Shown here: piece after piece, positions 14,731-29,370 of the stretch | Position numbering within the stretch: position 1 is the stretch's first letter | How the letters are laid out: each line of letters opens with the position of its first letter | NCBI GenBank assembly: GCA_951406725.2 | Contig: OX597816.1 | Location: 38,130,001-38,194,000, forward strand | Origin: Octopus vulgaris | Taxonomy: Eukaryota | DNA length: 64,000 nt | Direction of reading: 5' to 3' | Made by a program: the position numbers and the translations under genes | Notes under the pieces: model-generated | What the model saw: only the letters and a program-made list of their open reading frames with translations | What the model was told of the DNA's origin: nothing | The model's database searches: none

Positions 14731-14961
14731 ATTTCTTTATTGCCCACAAGGGGCTAAACATAGAAGGGACAAACAAGGACAGACAAACGGATTAAGTCGA
14801 TTACATCGACCTCAGTGCGTAACTGGTACTTAATTTATCGACCCCGAAAGGATGAAAGGCAAAGTCAACCTCGGCAGAATTTGAACTCAAGAACGTAACG
14901 GCAGACGAAATACCGCTAAGCATTTCGCCCGGCGTGCTAACGTTTCTGCCAGCTCGCCGCC
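14731..14961 (-). mobile_element. SINE family B with Tx1-LINE-like tail
   Basis: Near-identical to the 9738 and 57997 copies. Confidence 0.9.
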
Positions 14962-16914
14962 AATTCTGCAATTTCTTGCTGAACAACCTGGAACAATGAT
15001 TTTATATTGCATATAAAATCACTCCTTCCATCAAATCAACATTGCCTGTGCAGGTGCACAGTGTGCCCCTCGTCAGATGTTGAAGTGATCTCAGAGCAAC
15101 GTGAGATGAACTGTTTTACTCGCCTAACAACAGCTCCGTCCAGGAATCGAACTCACGAACAAGAGATCGTGAGTGCAACACCCTAACCACTAGGCTACGC
15201 ACCCTCACGGTAAAAACAATATAAGAGAGCAGGGGAAAAATGACCGCATTTGTAGAAAAAGTTTGCTCCATAATAACTATATAACAATATTTAACTTCAT
15301 TTTTCTTCGTTCAATGAGTTCAAATCTGTGTGGTCCATCTTCACCTTCCTAAGATCTATGAAATGGTGAAAGTCAAGTTGTGACTGAGTAAGACCACTTC
15401 ATAAACTCAGAGGTAGAAGCAAATGTTCAAGAGTCTAAGAAACTCTTGTGCTTGAGTTTGTTTGAATGGATATTGTTGTACAGCACTGAATCTACTTTTC
15501 AGCTATGAAACCAGTGGCAGAACAGAGGTTGAGGCAATCAGAAACCAGATACACTTCAGGTTTACCTTTTCCTAGAAGAAAGTTCTAACAAGAACTAGGA
15601 GTCCTTCACCCTCGATGGTTCATATGCTAGTTACCACATAGCTGGAACCCTAACAGGCGCTAGGGAAAATGGTGGTTAAGAGGTAGTTCCACACTCCTCA
15701 AAATGCTGGAACTCCCGTAGCAAAGACTCACTAAGGATGCAATTTAAAATCATACCCAGGAGAACATACCCAGTATTTTACGTAAAAAAATAGTCCTTTA
15801 TCAAAGTCAATCCGTTGCGATATCTGTTCAGACTCTCTGTTTTATGCATTCAAATTCTGCTGAGATCAACTTCGTTTTTCATACTGTCGATGGCTTTGAA
15901 TAAAGCACAAATTCAGTGCTGGTATACCCTTCTCTTCTTCTAGCTCTATAACATCCTGATTGTTCCACTAGATCACGGCTACTTAGGGCGACCAGAGAAT
16001 GTATCTACTTGCAACTATATGGGCACCTAAAACTGTTAGCAAAAGCAAGGTAATACTCGACTGCAAGCGATATCTATTGTTTAAATACTCTGAAGACGAT
16101 TTAATTTGCATAGGAGCAAATATAAAGCACCGCTCCCATGTAAGAGATTTCATGACAGAATTACACAATTATATAATACATACACTCAGTTATTGTTATA
16201 GAAGTGAAGTGTGATTTCTACTTTAGTGTCTATATTCAAACAAGGTTGTTAAATAATGGGGACGCGTGGCATTGCTTGACTGTTTCATGGAGATAAGAAG
16301 TAACTGCATGTACAGGATATGTGTAAATGTTGATTATGTGTGAAAGAAAATATCTTCTGCACTGCTACGTCCTGTATAGTGAAAAGTAACAATTAGGAAG
16401 TCATTAATAAGAGGAATAAAGAATGTGGGAGGCAGAACAAAACCCTGAGATACAACAGGGTTGATAGAATATTGGTATAGGTGAGCATAGTGAGCGTACG
16501 TTCGTACGTACGCCACGGTGGTGTCGGCTGGTAAGAGACATCTAATCCAATAAATCAGAATTAAGTTTATGTTGTTTAGCGCAAGATCTTTGAGCTAGAC
16601 TTTAATTATAAACGTTCCATGCAAGATCATTCACTCATTATTAAGGGTGTCAAAGGCTACATTATCCAACATGTCCTTTTCTTAGGACGGTAGGGAGTGA
16701 ATTGAGGGAGAATCGGTAGTATTTATCTCGGGTTGAACAATCACGTAGAAGCTTTGGAGTTCTGAGTGAGCAAATTTGCTAGGAAGTTCTAGTGACAGAA
16801 ACTGTTGAAGGATAAAATATGTAAAATATCTCTATAAACCATTGCCAATACACATACATACATACATACATACATACATACATACATACATACATACATA
16901 CATACATGTATAAT

Positions 16915-17557
16915 GTGGTGAGCCGTCAGAATCGTTAGTACGCCGGGCAAAATGCTTAGCGGCATTTCGTCTGTCTTTACGTTCTGAGTTCAAATTCCAT
17001 CGAGGTCAACTTTCCCTTTCATCCTTCCGGGATACTCTTTACTCTCTTTTTTACTCTTTTACTTGTTTCAGTCATTTGCCTGCGGCCATGCTGGAGCACC
17101 GCCTTTAATCGAGCAACTCGACCCCGGGACTTATTCTTTTTGTAAGTCCAGTACTTATTCTATCGGTCTCTCTTTACCGAACCGCTAAGTAACGGGGACA
17201 TAAACACACCAGCATCGGTTGTCAAGCAATGCTAGGGGGACAAACACAGACGCATAAACACACACACGCGTATACATATATACATATATACGACGGGATT
17301 CTTTCAGTTTCCGTCTACCAAATCCACTCACAAGGCTTTGGTCGACCCGAGGCTATAGCAGAATACACTTGCCCAAGGTGCCACGCAGTGGGACTGAACC
17401 TGGAACCATGTGGTTGGTTAGCAAGCTACTTACCACACAGCCACTCCTGCGCCTATGGATAAAATGGATAAAATAAGTACCAGTTGAGCACTGGATTCGA
17501 TGTAACTGACATACTCCTCCACCCCAAAATCTGCCCTTGTGCCAAAATTTGAAAACG

Positions 17558-17560
<3 letters not shown>
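16915..17560 (+). mobile_element. SINE family B (alternative tail) interrupted by an antisense family C SINE (17034-17453)
   Basis: B core split at cctttcatccttccggga / gataaaataagtaccag around a complete C copy. Confidence 0.8.
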
Positions 17561-17589
<29 letters not shown>

Positions 17590-17591
<2 letters not shown>

Positions 17592-18090
17592 TTTAAACCA
17601 TTTGCTCATTACAAGGTCCTTAGACCACTGAAAACGTAAGAGCTACTAGAATAAAATGGACGCTAAACAGAAGACAATAGGTGACGATGCACATTAGACT
17701 TAAAAAAGAATGGAGCTCATATTGAAGAGGAAAACAAGACTGTGGAAGGAAATTCCAAAGTTTAGAGGTGCGCGGGATGAAACTGGTACCATAAAGTGCT
17801 TTACGACACATAGGAAGTTGCACAGTATACTGATGAGAACTGGATGCAAGTCTAGTTGGTCGCTGATAAGTTCTTAAAGGAGGAACAAGAGAAAAGAGCT
17901 CGGCTGAACAATGTCCATGAAAATACTTATAGAAAGAGACAAGGAAGCCATACTCCAACGATAAGAGAGTGAATCCAATTTAGAGGACAGATCAGGACCA
18001 ATAGCATTATAAATACGACGTTGAACGAAGTCCAACAGAGTTAAACAATCTACAGGAGCACCTGCCTATATGTGACAACAATACTTAATG
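17590..18090 (-). mobile_element. 3' fragment of a CR1/L2-group LINE (RT C-terminal region plus UTR)
   Basis: FYKYFHGHCSAELFSLVPP...SFIPRTSKLWNFLP; upstream KYCCHI*AGAP...LDFVQRR. Confidence 0.75.
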
Positions 18091-18325
18091 TATACACCCC
18101 ACCACACACACACAGACACAATACAAATACAATGAAAAATGCTGCTTTACTGCTAAGATCCATATTACGATATCAAGTATGATCTCACTACAATATGAGT
18201 AAATTAGATATACCCGAAGCAGATCTGCAGAAGACTGGGCATGCTATTGATGAATTCGCGAATGGTGACGAAAGTTCTTAACAAGACTAGGTGTTTGATT
18301 CGATCGATCAATCGATTAGTTGACT

Positions 18326-18695
18326 GGTTAGTGGTTAGGGCAGCGGACTCGCGGTCGTGGGATCGCGGTTTCGATTCCCAGACCGGGCGTTGTGAGTGTT
18401 TATTGAGCGAAAACACCTAAAGCTCCACGAGGCTCCGGCAGGGATGGTGGTGATCCCTGCTGTACTCTTTCACCACAACTTTCTCTCACTCTTACTTCCT
18501 GTTTCTGTTGTACCTGTATTTCAAAGAGCCGGTCTTGTCACTCTCTGTGTCACGCTGAATATTCCCGAGAACTACGTTAAGGGTACACGTGTCTGTGGAG
18601 TGCTCAGCCACTTACACGTTAATTTCACGAGCAGGCTGTTCCGTTGATCGGATCAACCGGAACCCTCGTCGTCGTAACCGACGGAGTGCTTCCAT
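18326..18695 (+). mobile_element. SINE family A (tail type 2)
   Basis: Same head as 26090; tail ...ggaaccctcgtcgtcgtaaccgacggagtgc, shared with 41647 and 44474. Confidence 0.88.
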
Positions 18696-19157
18696 CCAGT
18701 TGACTGGTTAAATGCTAAATAATTATCTAATAATGATAAAAGTATTGAAATACAATGAGGGCCTGTGTTTATTATTGGTATAATAACCCACCCACCCCCA
18801 AAATACTAGAAAAAAAAGCAATTTCAACAACCATAATTTAACCTTGCTTCAAGTGGTGTTACGGTAAATACGTTGAAATACCGAAGAGAAGGATTTCATC
18901 ACATGAAAATGTATCCCTCAGTGAACGAGCCATTATACTTGTGTAAATTTATACATTTTTATTACATACAAGTCAGTACACATCCTGGGAAAACAAACAG
19001 TTGAATTTCCGATCTCTAATAACTATATTGGAATTAGTTCCAAATTAAACTTCCGACCATTCAATAGTTAAAAGTAAGGACGGAAACGTCTTTATGATTT
19101 GTCAGCAAATATTAAACATTTACTAATCCATTAACATTTAAAATCTGAACGTCTTAT

Positions 19158-19705
<548 letters not shown>

Positions 19706-20049
19706 TTAAATTACGGAAACGAAAACATAAATAATAGATGAGAAAAAACGCCAAATGAGCTGTGAAAAACAGTTGAAGGAAATATATGATTTGCGTTCGA
19801 TCCCACTTCGTAGTTTATTACGCAAGAGATTTTACCATAACACTGGGTTTTACCATAACACTGAGATTTTACCATAATCCTATGCCGTGTGTGTGAGGAG
19901 GTATACAGGTGGCCTGCAGCTGTAATTTAAAGGTACAGCTGTGTCACACCCTATGTCACGCTGGTTCTACATGATAATTACATTAAGAGCACAAGAGTCT
20001 GGTGAACAGTTAGCATCTTACATGAATCATATCTATAAAAGGGAGGATG

Positions 20050-20113
<64 letters not shown>

Positions 20114-20399
20114 ATTGTAATTTATGCACATCCACAAATTAGCACGCATGTCGCTCAAATTTTAGGAGGACATTTGTCAACATCCTTTCTGGGTTTTGTC
20201 AACTTATTTTTTTTCGAGGCACCCGCGGATAGGGTAAAAATCTATTTTCAACCATAGCTTTAAACCATAACAAATATCAGCCATTGCTTTTTGATGGCGT
20301 CTAACAAAAGAAAATAAGATAAAGAAAACTGGAAGAAGGAGGCAGAGAGTTTCACGGGAAAGACAAAGTGAGAGAATCCAGAAGTCTAGAACTCTGGAT

Positions 20400-20734
20400 A
20401 TAATTTTTTTTAAAGAAATCCAGATCTCACTCCATGTGAATTTTATCTGTAGGGTTACACAAAATAGGAGGTGTTCTAGACAAAGCCTCGTACACTGGGG
20501 GACTTGGAGACTCGGATTCAGGAGGTTCTCAATAGACGACGTCCTTCAGAAGGTTGTTCATTCCATCCCTGGCCGTTTGAGGAAACTGATTGACGCCACC
20601 GGTGCTTACGTTGAAATATGAAGATTTACTTTCACTTTTTGCATGTAATAAAGAACATGTATCATTTGTTTCAATAAATTTGTGAAAGGAATTTTATTAC
20701 CAATTTTTAATGCCTACTTACTTTTTACCCATCC

Positions 20735-20736
<2 letters not shown>
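20400..20736 (+). mobile_element. 3' remnant of a Tc1/mariner-superfamily transposon
   Basis: PDLTPCEFYL*G and VHSIPGRLRKLIDATGAYVE motifs; TIR-like end acttactttttacccatcctg before (TA)n. Confidence 0.65.
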
Positions 20737-20771
<35 letters not shown>

Positions 20772-20782
20772 CCGATGTGGCA

Positions 20783-20831
<49 letters not shown>

Positions 20832-20875
20832 AGCCGATGTGGCACATGCCAATTCATATATATATATATATATAT

Positions 20876-21950
20876 GATAGCCGATGTGGCACATGCCAAT
20901 TCATACATACCGGTCAATATATAAACACAAAAACCGGGAAAATATTCACAAACGCGAATATGAACTGCAAAAGCAGAAATTTAATTTACTGCATCAAATG
21001 CCCAAATTGTGAAGAAATATATGTAGGTCAGACGGGAAACGCACTATTAGAACGCTCACGTGTACACCGGCAACAGATTAGAGACCCAGAGGTCCGTCAG
21101 ATACCTTTGAGTAACCACCTAGCAACATGTGGTCGGAAAATATATATAATATTTCCCTTCTACAAATTACACAGCCCAAGTGAAATCGAGAGGAAAATCA
21201 GAGAAAAGAATTTTATTGATAAATTCGAACCCAAGCTAAATAAGCAATAATAATAATACTTAGAGGTATTACTTCCACTGCTACGACCATGACCACTAAC
21301 AACAACAACAATACTAAAGGTGATCAAGACGAAGATAGCAGGAAAATTATCTTATTTAGGGTTAAAAGTTCTATTGCCACCACCATCACCACTAGCAACA
21401 ATAATTAAGGTGCTGACAATGATGATGATGACAATTGAAATATAAAAATATAAAAATCTCTGACAAAGGATATTTACAACATTTCTAAAAATAACCCAAC
21501 AATTGCTGCTTCGGCCAGGGTCAAGATACAGGACTCTTGACCTGTCCAACAAAGCGTGATGCCTAAACCAATCAGCTCAACCAACCAATCAGCTTAAGTA
21601 ATTGAGTGATACTACACACTGATTGGTCAGAATACAGTTTGCAAAACCTAGCACTCTGGAGCCTACCCAGCTGTATTTATAGCACAGAATCACTCATCTT
21701 GCTACAGTCAAAAATTGTGAAGCATGACTGTCAACACTACTACATGAACCCGAAGATTGCAGAATTCAATGCATGAAAGTACTAGTTCAATCAGAATGAA
21801 TATTTAACATTCTACTATTTCATTTTATTTTATTCAATTATAATATATTATCTTATAATATATCATTATAAGATTGTAAATAAAACGTGAAAATCAGACA
21901 AGGTTGGAATTCTTTTTATTAATATATTCTTCTATACACAATCACACACC
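20876..21950 (+). mobile_element. 5'-truncated Penelope-like element: GIY-YIG endonuclease C-terminus plus pLTR, embedded in (TA)n
   Basis: SRCGTC...NLIYCIKCPNCEEIYVGQTG...RVHRQQI...FIDKFEPKLN* (to 21250); downstream hammerhead-like motif and AATAAA. Confidence 0.85.
21745..21789 (+). ncRNA. Minimal type I hammerhead ribozyme variant
   Basis: tgaac-CCGAAGA-t-tgca(gaattcaa)tgca-t-GAAA-gtac-TA-gttca: stem I tgaac/gttca, palindromic GTAC stem III; U4>C change in the core. Confidence 0.6.
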
Positions 21951-22080
21951 CCCATATATATATATATCTATATATATATATATATATATATATATGCATG
22001 TGTGTGTGTGTGTGTGTGTGTATAGACAGCCGTGTGCAATGTTTTACCAAAAAGAAAAACTATAAATGTCACTAAATATG

Positions 22081-22198
22081 ACTAGGGTGTTAGAACACCT
22101 ACATTCAGTACATATGTGTACAATTACCTACTTTAACTACATTATCAGACCTTTTTAGCTCTTATTTCTAGCAATGTAGGTGTTCTAACACCTTTAGT
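22081..22198. mobile_element. Small hairpin MITE-like element
   Basis: ggtgttagaacacctacatt at ~22086-22105 and its reverse complement at ~22173-22192. Confidence 0.65.
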
Positions 22199-22384
22199 AT
22201 ATAAAGGGTGCATAAGATATTTGAAGACAGATTTATGTTTATAAAAAAGCAGATATATAATAACAGATAATAACTTTATCAAAAATGCTATGAAGATAAA
22301 AATAAACATTTTCTATAATGATGTTCAATAAAGCCACCTTCAGCTTCAACAACTGCTGCTATATGAGACCTAAATCATCTAAAT

Positions 22385-22518
22385 GCTTAGAAAAACTGAA
22401 GAACTGCTGCAATAAGTGTGTGAATCTGAGAGAGGAATGTGTTGAATAAAATCATAATTAACCGATCCTCTTGCATTTTCTTTTAAGCAAAGCCAGGAAC
22501 TTTTCAGCGCGACCATCG
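22385..22518 (+). mobile_element. Partial mariner-derived MITE (same family as 43160 and 61980)
   Basis: aataagtgtgtgaatctgagagaggaatgtgttgaataa followed by TIR aaagccaggaacttttcagc. Confidence 0.75.
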
Positions 22519-22648
22519 TATGTGCATCATATATCCATCTCTTTGTATACATTAGGAAGCAGTTGTTATTTCGAAATCTTAGCAAAATGTTAACCTCCTT
22601 TTCTATCTCTGTTATTATTTTTTATTTTAATCTACATTAATCTACATG

Positions 22649-22990
22649 GGCGCAGGAGTGGCTGTGTGGTAAGTAGCTTGCTAACCAACCTCATGGATTG
22701 TTAGACGGAAACTGAAAGAAGCCCGTCGTATATATGTATATATATATATATATATAAATGTGTGTGTATGTGTTTGTGTGTCTATGTTTGTCCCCCTAGC
22801 ATTGCTTGACAACCGATGCTGGTGTGTTTACGTTCCCGTCACTTAGCGGTTCGGCAAAAGAGACCGATAGAATAAGTACTGGGCTTACAAAGAATAAGTC
22901 CCGGGGTCGATTTGCTCGACTAAAGGCGGTGCTCCAGCATGGCCGCAGTCAAATGACTGAAACAAGTAAATGAGTAAATGAGTAATGAGT
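22649..22990 (+). mobile_element. SINE family C, internally deleted
   Basis: ggcgcaggagtggctgtgtggtaag head and gactgaaacaagtaaa tail. Confidence 0.85.
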
Positions 22991-23997
22991 ATTAAAGTAA
23001 CCTTATAATTATTTATACTGTTATCTGACATGTACTGTTTTGTATTAACATCCTTATATGAACATATTCTAAATTGCTTTCAGTCAGAATTAGTAATTTA
23101 CACATGTGACATATTACTTTGATGTCATTTTGATGAAGATGATGCTGTTTTATATGTTTGAAAATTAACTACTGAAAGAAATTTTCATAGATTTATTTAA
23201 TTTAAACTTTAATTTAAACTTCTGCGCTTTTACGAGGTTATCCCCTCTTAGTTCCACACATCCATCACTAGGCGTTATCGTCAGGACTTAATGTATACGT
23301 ACATATAATTTTTTTCCCAAATACACCGCCTGATGTTATTAATTCATTTTACTTAAAATATTCACTTCCAAAATAATGTTCTTTTCCATTTACCAATGCA
23401 GTTAGAATAATTTAATACTATTAACTATTTCACCGTGATTCAAGCTTGTTTTGTTTTTGTTTTTTGTTATTAATTGAATTAATAATTGTAATCATTCATC
23501 TGCTTAATTCTTACCTATTCTAATTCTGATATATCCATGTACTCTTTATATATATATTTACACACGCGCGTAAATTTGTAGATTAACACTCGCACAATTT
23601 TCACTAGGAAAAAAATCGTTTTTTTTTACATGGAATCAACTACTCTGGCCTCAAAACCCTTTTTGTTGTCCGTGAAACGGAGTGGGGTGTGGTGGAAGCC
23701 TCGCAAATTGTACGCATTTATATTGTGTAATTCACTGACAAATTGTTACTCACCAGTTTGTTTCTTTGTTGTTAAATAACTGGATTGTCAACAAAACACT
23801 TTTTTACTCGGCGTAAAATAAAAACAAAACTCTTTCGCACCCAAAGTAATGTGTGAGAGAGGGGGGGAGAAAGATGAGCGATTTAAAATAAATAAATGAT
23901 TTAAAATAAATATATTGTAAACTGATTGTTTGTTTAACCAATAGACAGAACAAACGATCGATTAGTTGGTTGGTTAGATAACTAACTAATTGATAAA

Positions 23998-24581
23998 CAA
24001 TAAAGATGTAAAACAGAGCCCGTGCATGCGTTTATTATTATTATTATTATTAAAAACAAGATTCACTGACTCCATAAATAATAAATATGCTGAAAACACA
24101 ACCCCAAAATCCACGATCTTTGACAAATTTAGAATATCCATAAAATAGGTTAATCAAAGCATGTAAAAGATGGGACACGAAAATATAGGGCGATAATTGC
24201 AAAATCCAGTCACCGTCCACAACAAAACAATAAACAGAGTGTACGAAAATACTAAGATGAGAAAGGATGGATCTCACAAGTATCTACAGCGTTTGGAAAA
24301 CTAACAAACAGGAAAGATATCAAGCAGTGACTCAAAGTTAGGCTGTACAATGCCCTTGTTTCCCCAATCGTGATTTACACATCGGAAACGTGGATTCTAA
24401 GATCTGAAGATAAAGGCAGATTTGAAGATTCTGAAATGCGATGTTTGTAGTCTACGGTTATGATATCATTAAGAAACAAGCGTAGAAATACTTACGTAGC
24501 AAAAAAGTCTTCGTCCCCCTGCCACCACGCACACAGAGGCGTTGTACGGAGGTGCATTCTCCTTGTGTGCATGTGTATGTT

Positions 24582-24616
<35 letters not shown>

Positions 24617-25186
24617 TGATGATGATGAATATTAGAATTTCTGATCGCAAGTGTTCAGTTATTCAAATCAATTGAGTTACCAGATTTATTGAATTAGCTT
24701 ATAAGTTGCTGAGTACTCCAGAGATCTGTGTACTCTTAAAGTATTTCACTAGCGCAATCAGAATGAGACTGTGTCATTAGGCTGGGCCTTTAGATTACAA
24801 ATATAATCCATCCAACAAGTTTTCGCAGTTTCTTCTTACTCCATTTCACCAACAATGTACGGGTAGACTCGATGCCACAGAAAATGACATCTCAATTGCT
24901 TCGCAGCAGAATCGAAACCACAACATCACGATTGCGAAGTGAATTACTTAATGATTCACTATATTGCACCTATGTGTGCATGTATGTGTGTGTGTGTGTG
25001 CGTGCGTGTGTGGATATATATATATATATATATATACATATACACATATATTATACAGATACAAGAATAAAGATGTAAAACAGAGCCCGTGTGTACGTTT
25101 ATTATTATTGGTGTAATGACCCACCCAAGATAAAAACAAGATACGCTGACTCCTCCATAAATAATAAATATGCTGGAAACACAACC

Positions 25187-25190
<4 letters not shown>
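23998..25190. repeat. Two direct copies of a ~110-130-bp repeat (~23998-24105 and ~25066-25190)
   Basis: aataaagatgtaaaacagagcccgtg...ccataaataataaatatgctg.aaacacaacccca occurs twice. Confidence 0.8.
24300..24460 (+). pseudogene. Short RTE-clade RT C-terminal fragment
   Basis: Translates to LKVRLYNALVSPIVIYTSETWILRSEDKGRFEDSEMRCL. Confidence 0.65.
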
Positions 25191-25227
<37 letters not shown>

Positions 25228-25233
<6 letters not shown>

Positions 25234-26045
25234 TCATCCGATAAATAATGCTGTTTTTTCAACTACATGAAGTAAAAGTCGGAGGGGGATGGGATAAACG
25301 ACCTGCATCGACTTCCAAGAAAAGCAGGTAGTAATTCTACCTTGTCCTTATTCTTAGTGCAAGTTTTGAAGAGTGCAGTTCGATTTTAACAGGGTTTTTT
25401 TTTCAAAGCTATAATGGAAGTGACAAAGGAGCATATTCGGCATATTTTGCTTCATGAGTTCAATAAAGGCAACAGCAATGTGTGCTCTTTGCTGTCACGT
25501 CTCACGAATGAAACTTTTTGGGACGGAATAGTGACTGGTGACGAGAAATAAGATCTCTATAAAACTGTAAAGCGCCGAAGACAGTGGATAGGGAAAAGAG
25601 AAATACCGGCATCCCAGGCTAAAGAAGGTCTTCACTCACGTAAGGTGTTGTTATCTGTTTGATGGGATATAAAAGATTTAGTTCACTTTGAACGTTTAAA
25701 CCATAAGCAAACGATAACAAAGGAGATCTACTGCGAGCAGCTTGAGCGGCCTAAGTCAGCGCTAGAAGAAAAACGACCATCTTTGGTTTCAACACGAAAG
25801 ATGTTCTTCCATCAGGATAATGCTCGGCCACATATAGCGAGGATGACATTCCAAAGGCTGGAGCCGTTTCAATGGGAAACGATACCTCACCCACCATATT
25901 CGCCAGACATTGCCCCCCTGATTACCATTTATTCCGCAGTCTTTAAAATCATTTGGACGGAAAAAATATGAATTCTGTAGATGAGGTCAGAACAGTACTG
26001 GAAGAATATTTTTCCTCGTGGACAAGTGAATTTTGGAGGAATGGC
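25228..26045 (+). mobile_element. Internally deleted mariner transposon remnant
   Basis: MEVTKEHIRHILLHEF start near 25413; IVTGDEK, FHQDNARPH and HPPYSPDIAP motifs. Confidence 0.88.
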
Positions 26046-26089
26046 TGAAATTTACCCTGTTTATAATTATATGTTACATATATACATAC

Positions 26090-26372
26090 GGAGGCGCAAT
26101 GGCCTAGTAGTTAGGGCAGCGGACTCGCGGTCGCAGGATCGCGGTTTCGGTTCCCAGACCAGGCGTTGTGTGTGTTTATTGAGCGAAAACACCTAAAAAA
26201 GCTCCACGAGCTGTACTCTTTCACCACTCTTTCTCCCACTCTTTCTTCTGTTGGCCTGCTCGCTTAGCCAGCGGGCTGGCGTCATTTGAAGGCTAAAACA
26301 ATGCGAACGCATTGTGACCAGCGATGTGTAACAACATCTGATGGTCTGGTCGGTCACGTGATCGATCACGTG
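26090..26372 (+). mobile_element. SINE family A (tail type 1)
   Basis: ggaggcgcaatggcctagtagttagggcagcggactcgcgg...ggtcggtcacgtgatc. Confidence 0.88.
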
Positions 26373-27327
26373 ATAGATATATACATACATACACATACAT
26401 GGATCCATGCCTATACATGTATAATTGCGTGTGTGTGTGTGTGCGCGCGCGCACACGCGTATGTGTGTATGTGTATCTGTTGCAACAAGTGTCACAGAAA
26501 CAGCATAATGATGACACCAACAACATCAATACCACAAACAGAGACTTACAGCAGCAACAATTTTTAAGTAGAATATTCTAAATTATCTTAACATGAAGTG
26601 CTTCTTTTCTTTCTTTCTTTCTTTCTTTTTTTCTTTTTTTTTTTTTTCACAAAATGAATAAGAACTAAGCAAAAATTATTGATAAATTTTCTGTTACAGA
26701 ATTGTTAGTAAAACGTTTCCTTCATCGCGGATAAATAGCAATGATGGTTCGGGCAATTCAGTTAGGTTCTTTTAGTAATAATCTCAATTAGATTGAACAA
26801 GTGAGAAAACAGTGTGTGGTAGATAATATTCCAGGCTATTGCGCTAATAAGAATTTGACAGAATTCAATTCCAGACACGTTCTCAAGTTACACACCTTCT
26901 TCACACATCCGATGTACATGTTCAACGGAAATTAGCTTAGCTCGGCAAATAAATTCAATTAGTTGGAACAAGCAATATTATAGTTTGATGACTTCCTTTA
27001 TCTGTACATCAAAATTCTCCACCCAACACCCCCGTTTTTTTTTTTTTTTTTTTTTTTTTATAAATGGGAGGTGCAGAACAGATTGAAGAATACCACTTCC
27101 GGTTACTCAGACTAGAATGATTCTCTTTTAAACCTCCTCTTTTTCTGTCTTGCACTTCATCCCTTCTCTTTCTCCCTCCTCCTTTTCTTTCTCACACTCC
27201 CTTTGTCTGTCTTATTCTTTCTTCCTTTCTCTTTCTCTCTCTGTCTATCTGTCTGTCTGTCTCTTTCTCTCTCTGTCTATCTGTCTGTCTGTCTCTGTCT
27301 CTGTCTCTCTGTCTCTCTGTCTCTGTC

Positions 27328-27430
<103 letters not shown>

Positions 27431-27431
27431 G

Positions 27432-27462
<31 letters not shown>

Positions 27463-28197
27463 GGCGGTCTGACTTTTACTGTTTATATAACTATTTATTA
27501 CCCAAGTTCTGATCTTAGTGCAGTAGAAGGCGTGCTTCTCTAAACTATACGACAGGAAATAATTACTTAATTGTGCTATTATTTACCGAACACACGTACA
27601 CCATAATGGCCAATTGACCACACAAGATTTTGCTTATACAATGGCGAACGAAACGATTTTCCTTCGAAAGTTGGTGGTCTTCTTTTATTTACTTGTTTAT
27701 TTATTTATTTATTACCTGCGCAATAATTCAGATCTTCCAATGGTTCTACAAAAGTAAAACGGAAGAAAGACAGAAAGGGTGAATTATTGGAATATAAGGG
27801 TGTTGTAGGCTGAGTCGTAAGGGAGGATGGGAAGGAAAAAAGCATGGGTAGAAGTTTATGATTGAATGACGCAGAAAACCTGTAGAAGAAAGAAAAAAAA
27901 AAGAGCACAAAAGAGATTTTGAGAAATAGATAAAAAGAAAAAAAAAACATTGAAATGTAGGGGAATTTGTGGATTCGTTCACTCTCTTTTGCGTCATAGA
28001 ATAGTCAAAACGTTGGGAAAATACTTTGCAGAATTTTTTCCGGCTCTTTATGAACTGAGTTCGAATTCCACCGAGATTAAATTGCCGTTCATTTTTCAGT
28101 AGTCATTAAAATAAAATGTCAGATACTGAGGCCGTTAGTGTGGCCAAGAACCATCACCACAAAACTGCTCTGATTGTGCCTCAATCAGAAATCTATA

Positions 28198-28233
<36 letters not shown>

Positions 28234-28659
28234 GAGTGAGAGAGCAGTGCATGCCATCAAAGTGACACTGGGGTAAAATATACGAAGCCCAATATACCCA
28301 TCATGACTACCCGTCTGATAAGGGTACACCAGGCACATGCATCACAACCATATGTGCGCGACATGGTGATCTCATATCAAGATAAACAGCACATGACCTT
28401 GCAGGTGGGGCCCAGTTAGAATTTTCTTCAGGTTGAGTAGCCCATCCCGCTCAAAAGGTCCCTGAATAAGGGTTGTTTAAGGATGTTGAAAGAACCACCC
28501 ATGTTTCCAGAGGTGAATTATTCAAACCCCAACGAATCCCTCTCAACACATGGCTATGATGCTCCCCCACTACTTCTGCTCGTGATCAGAGATGCACATA
28601 TCGTCAGCCACTAAGGGACATGCTCAACTGGTTAAGGTCAAGCAACTGACAAGCAAATC

Positions 28660-28660
<1 letters not shown>
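28234..28660 (-). mobile_element. Non-coding repeat-like segment bounded on both sides by (TTA)n; probable retroelement 3' part
   Basis: Sharp boundaries with (TTA)n at 28197-28233 and 28661-28719; strand and class are inferred. Confidence 0.5.
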
Positions 28661-28719
<59 letters not shown>

Positions 28720-29370
28720 TTGGTTTGGCTCAGGTTCAGTCTTATTCCTGGTAGAATTTATGTGGGTAGCAGGTTTACTACCTGTAACCTTAAGTATCCA
28801 TAAGTTTTCAGCAGTCTTTCAACTGCTTAGAACGCTCCTGATAATCTTTGCTGTACCTAAGAGACAAACTTTTTTTAAGAGCACTACCGGGCATTCTATT
28901 TCAATCTACTTCAGCCATTTGACTATATCTTGGCTCACTGTTCCCAACGCACCAATTGTTATAGGCACGACCATTACTGTTCGCACGCTCCAAATTCTTC
29001 CTATTTCAAATTTTAAGGGATTGTATTTTTTTCTTCCTCTTTCTTTACGACCCTGGAATCAAACGGGCATGGTGGATCGATAAGTAAGCAATTGTTATGT
29101 CTGGTCTGTTATTTTCTAACTTCTTGTCCGTTTGAATCTTACATTTCTCCGACTCCAATACTCTTTCGACTCGATGATTGTACCATGGGTTTCAAGCTTC
29201 AAATCTTCATTTCTGGCACAGTTTCCAGCGTAAAACTTGTAAAAGTTTTACGCTGGTTGCGCCTCCATTTCTTATATTCTTCCTGTGCCAACTTGGGTCA
29301 TTCTGTCACAACATGTGCCACTGTCTCGTTCCAAGTTTCACAAGCTCTACATTTTCCTGACATATTCTCT

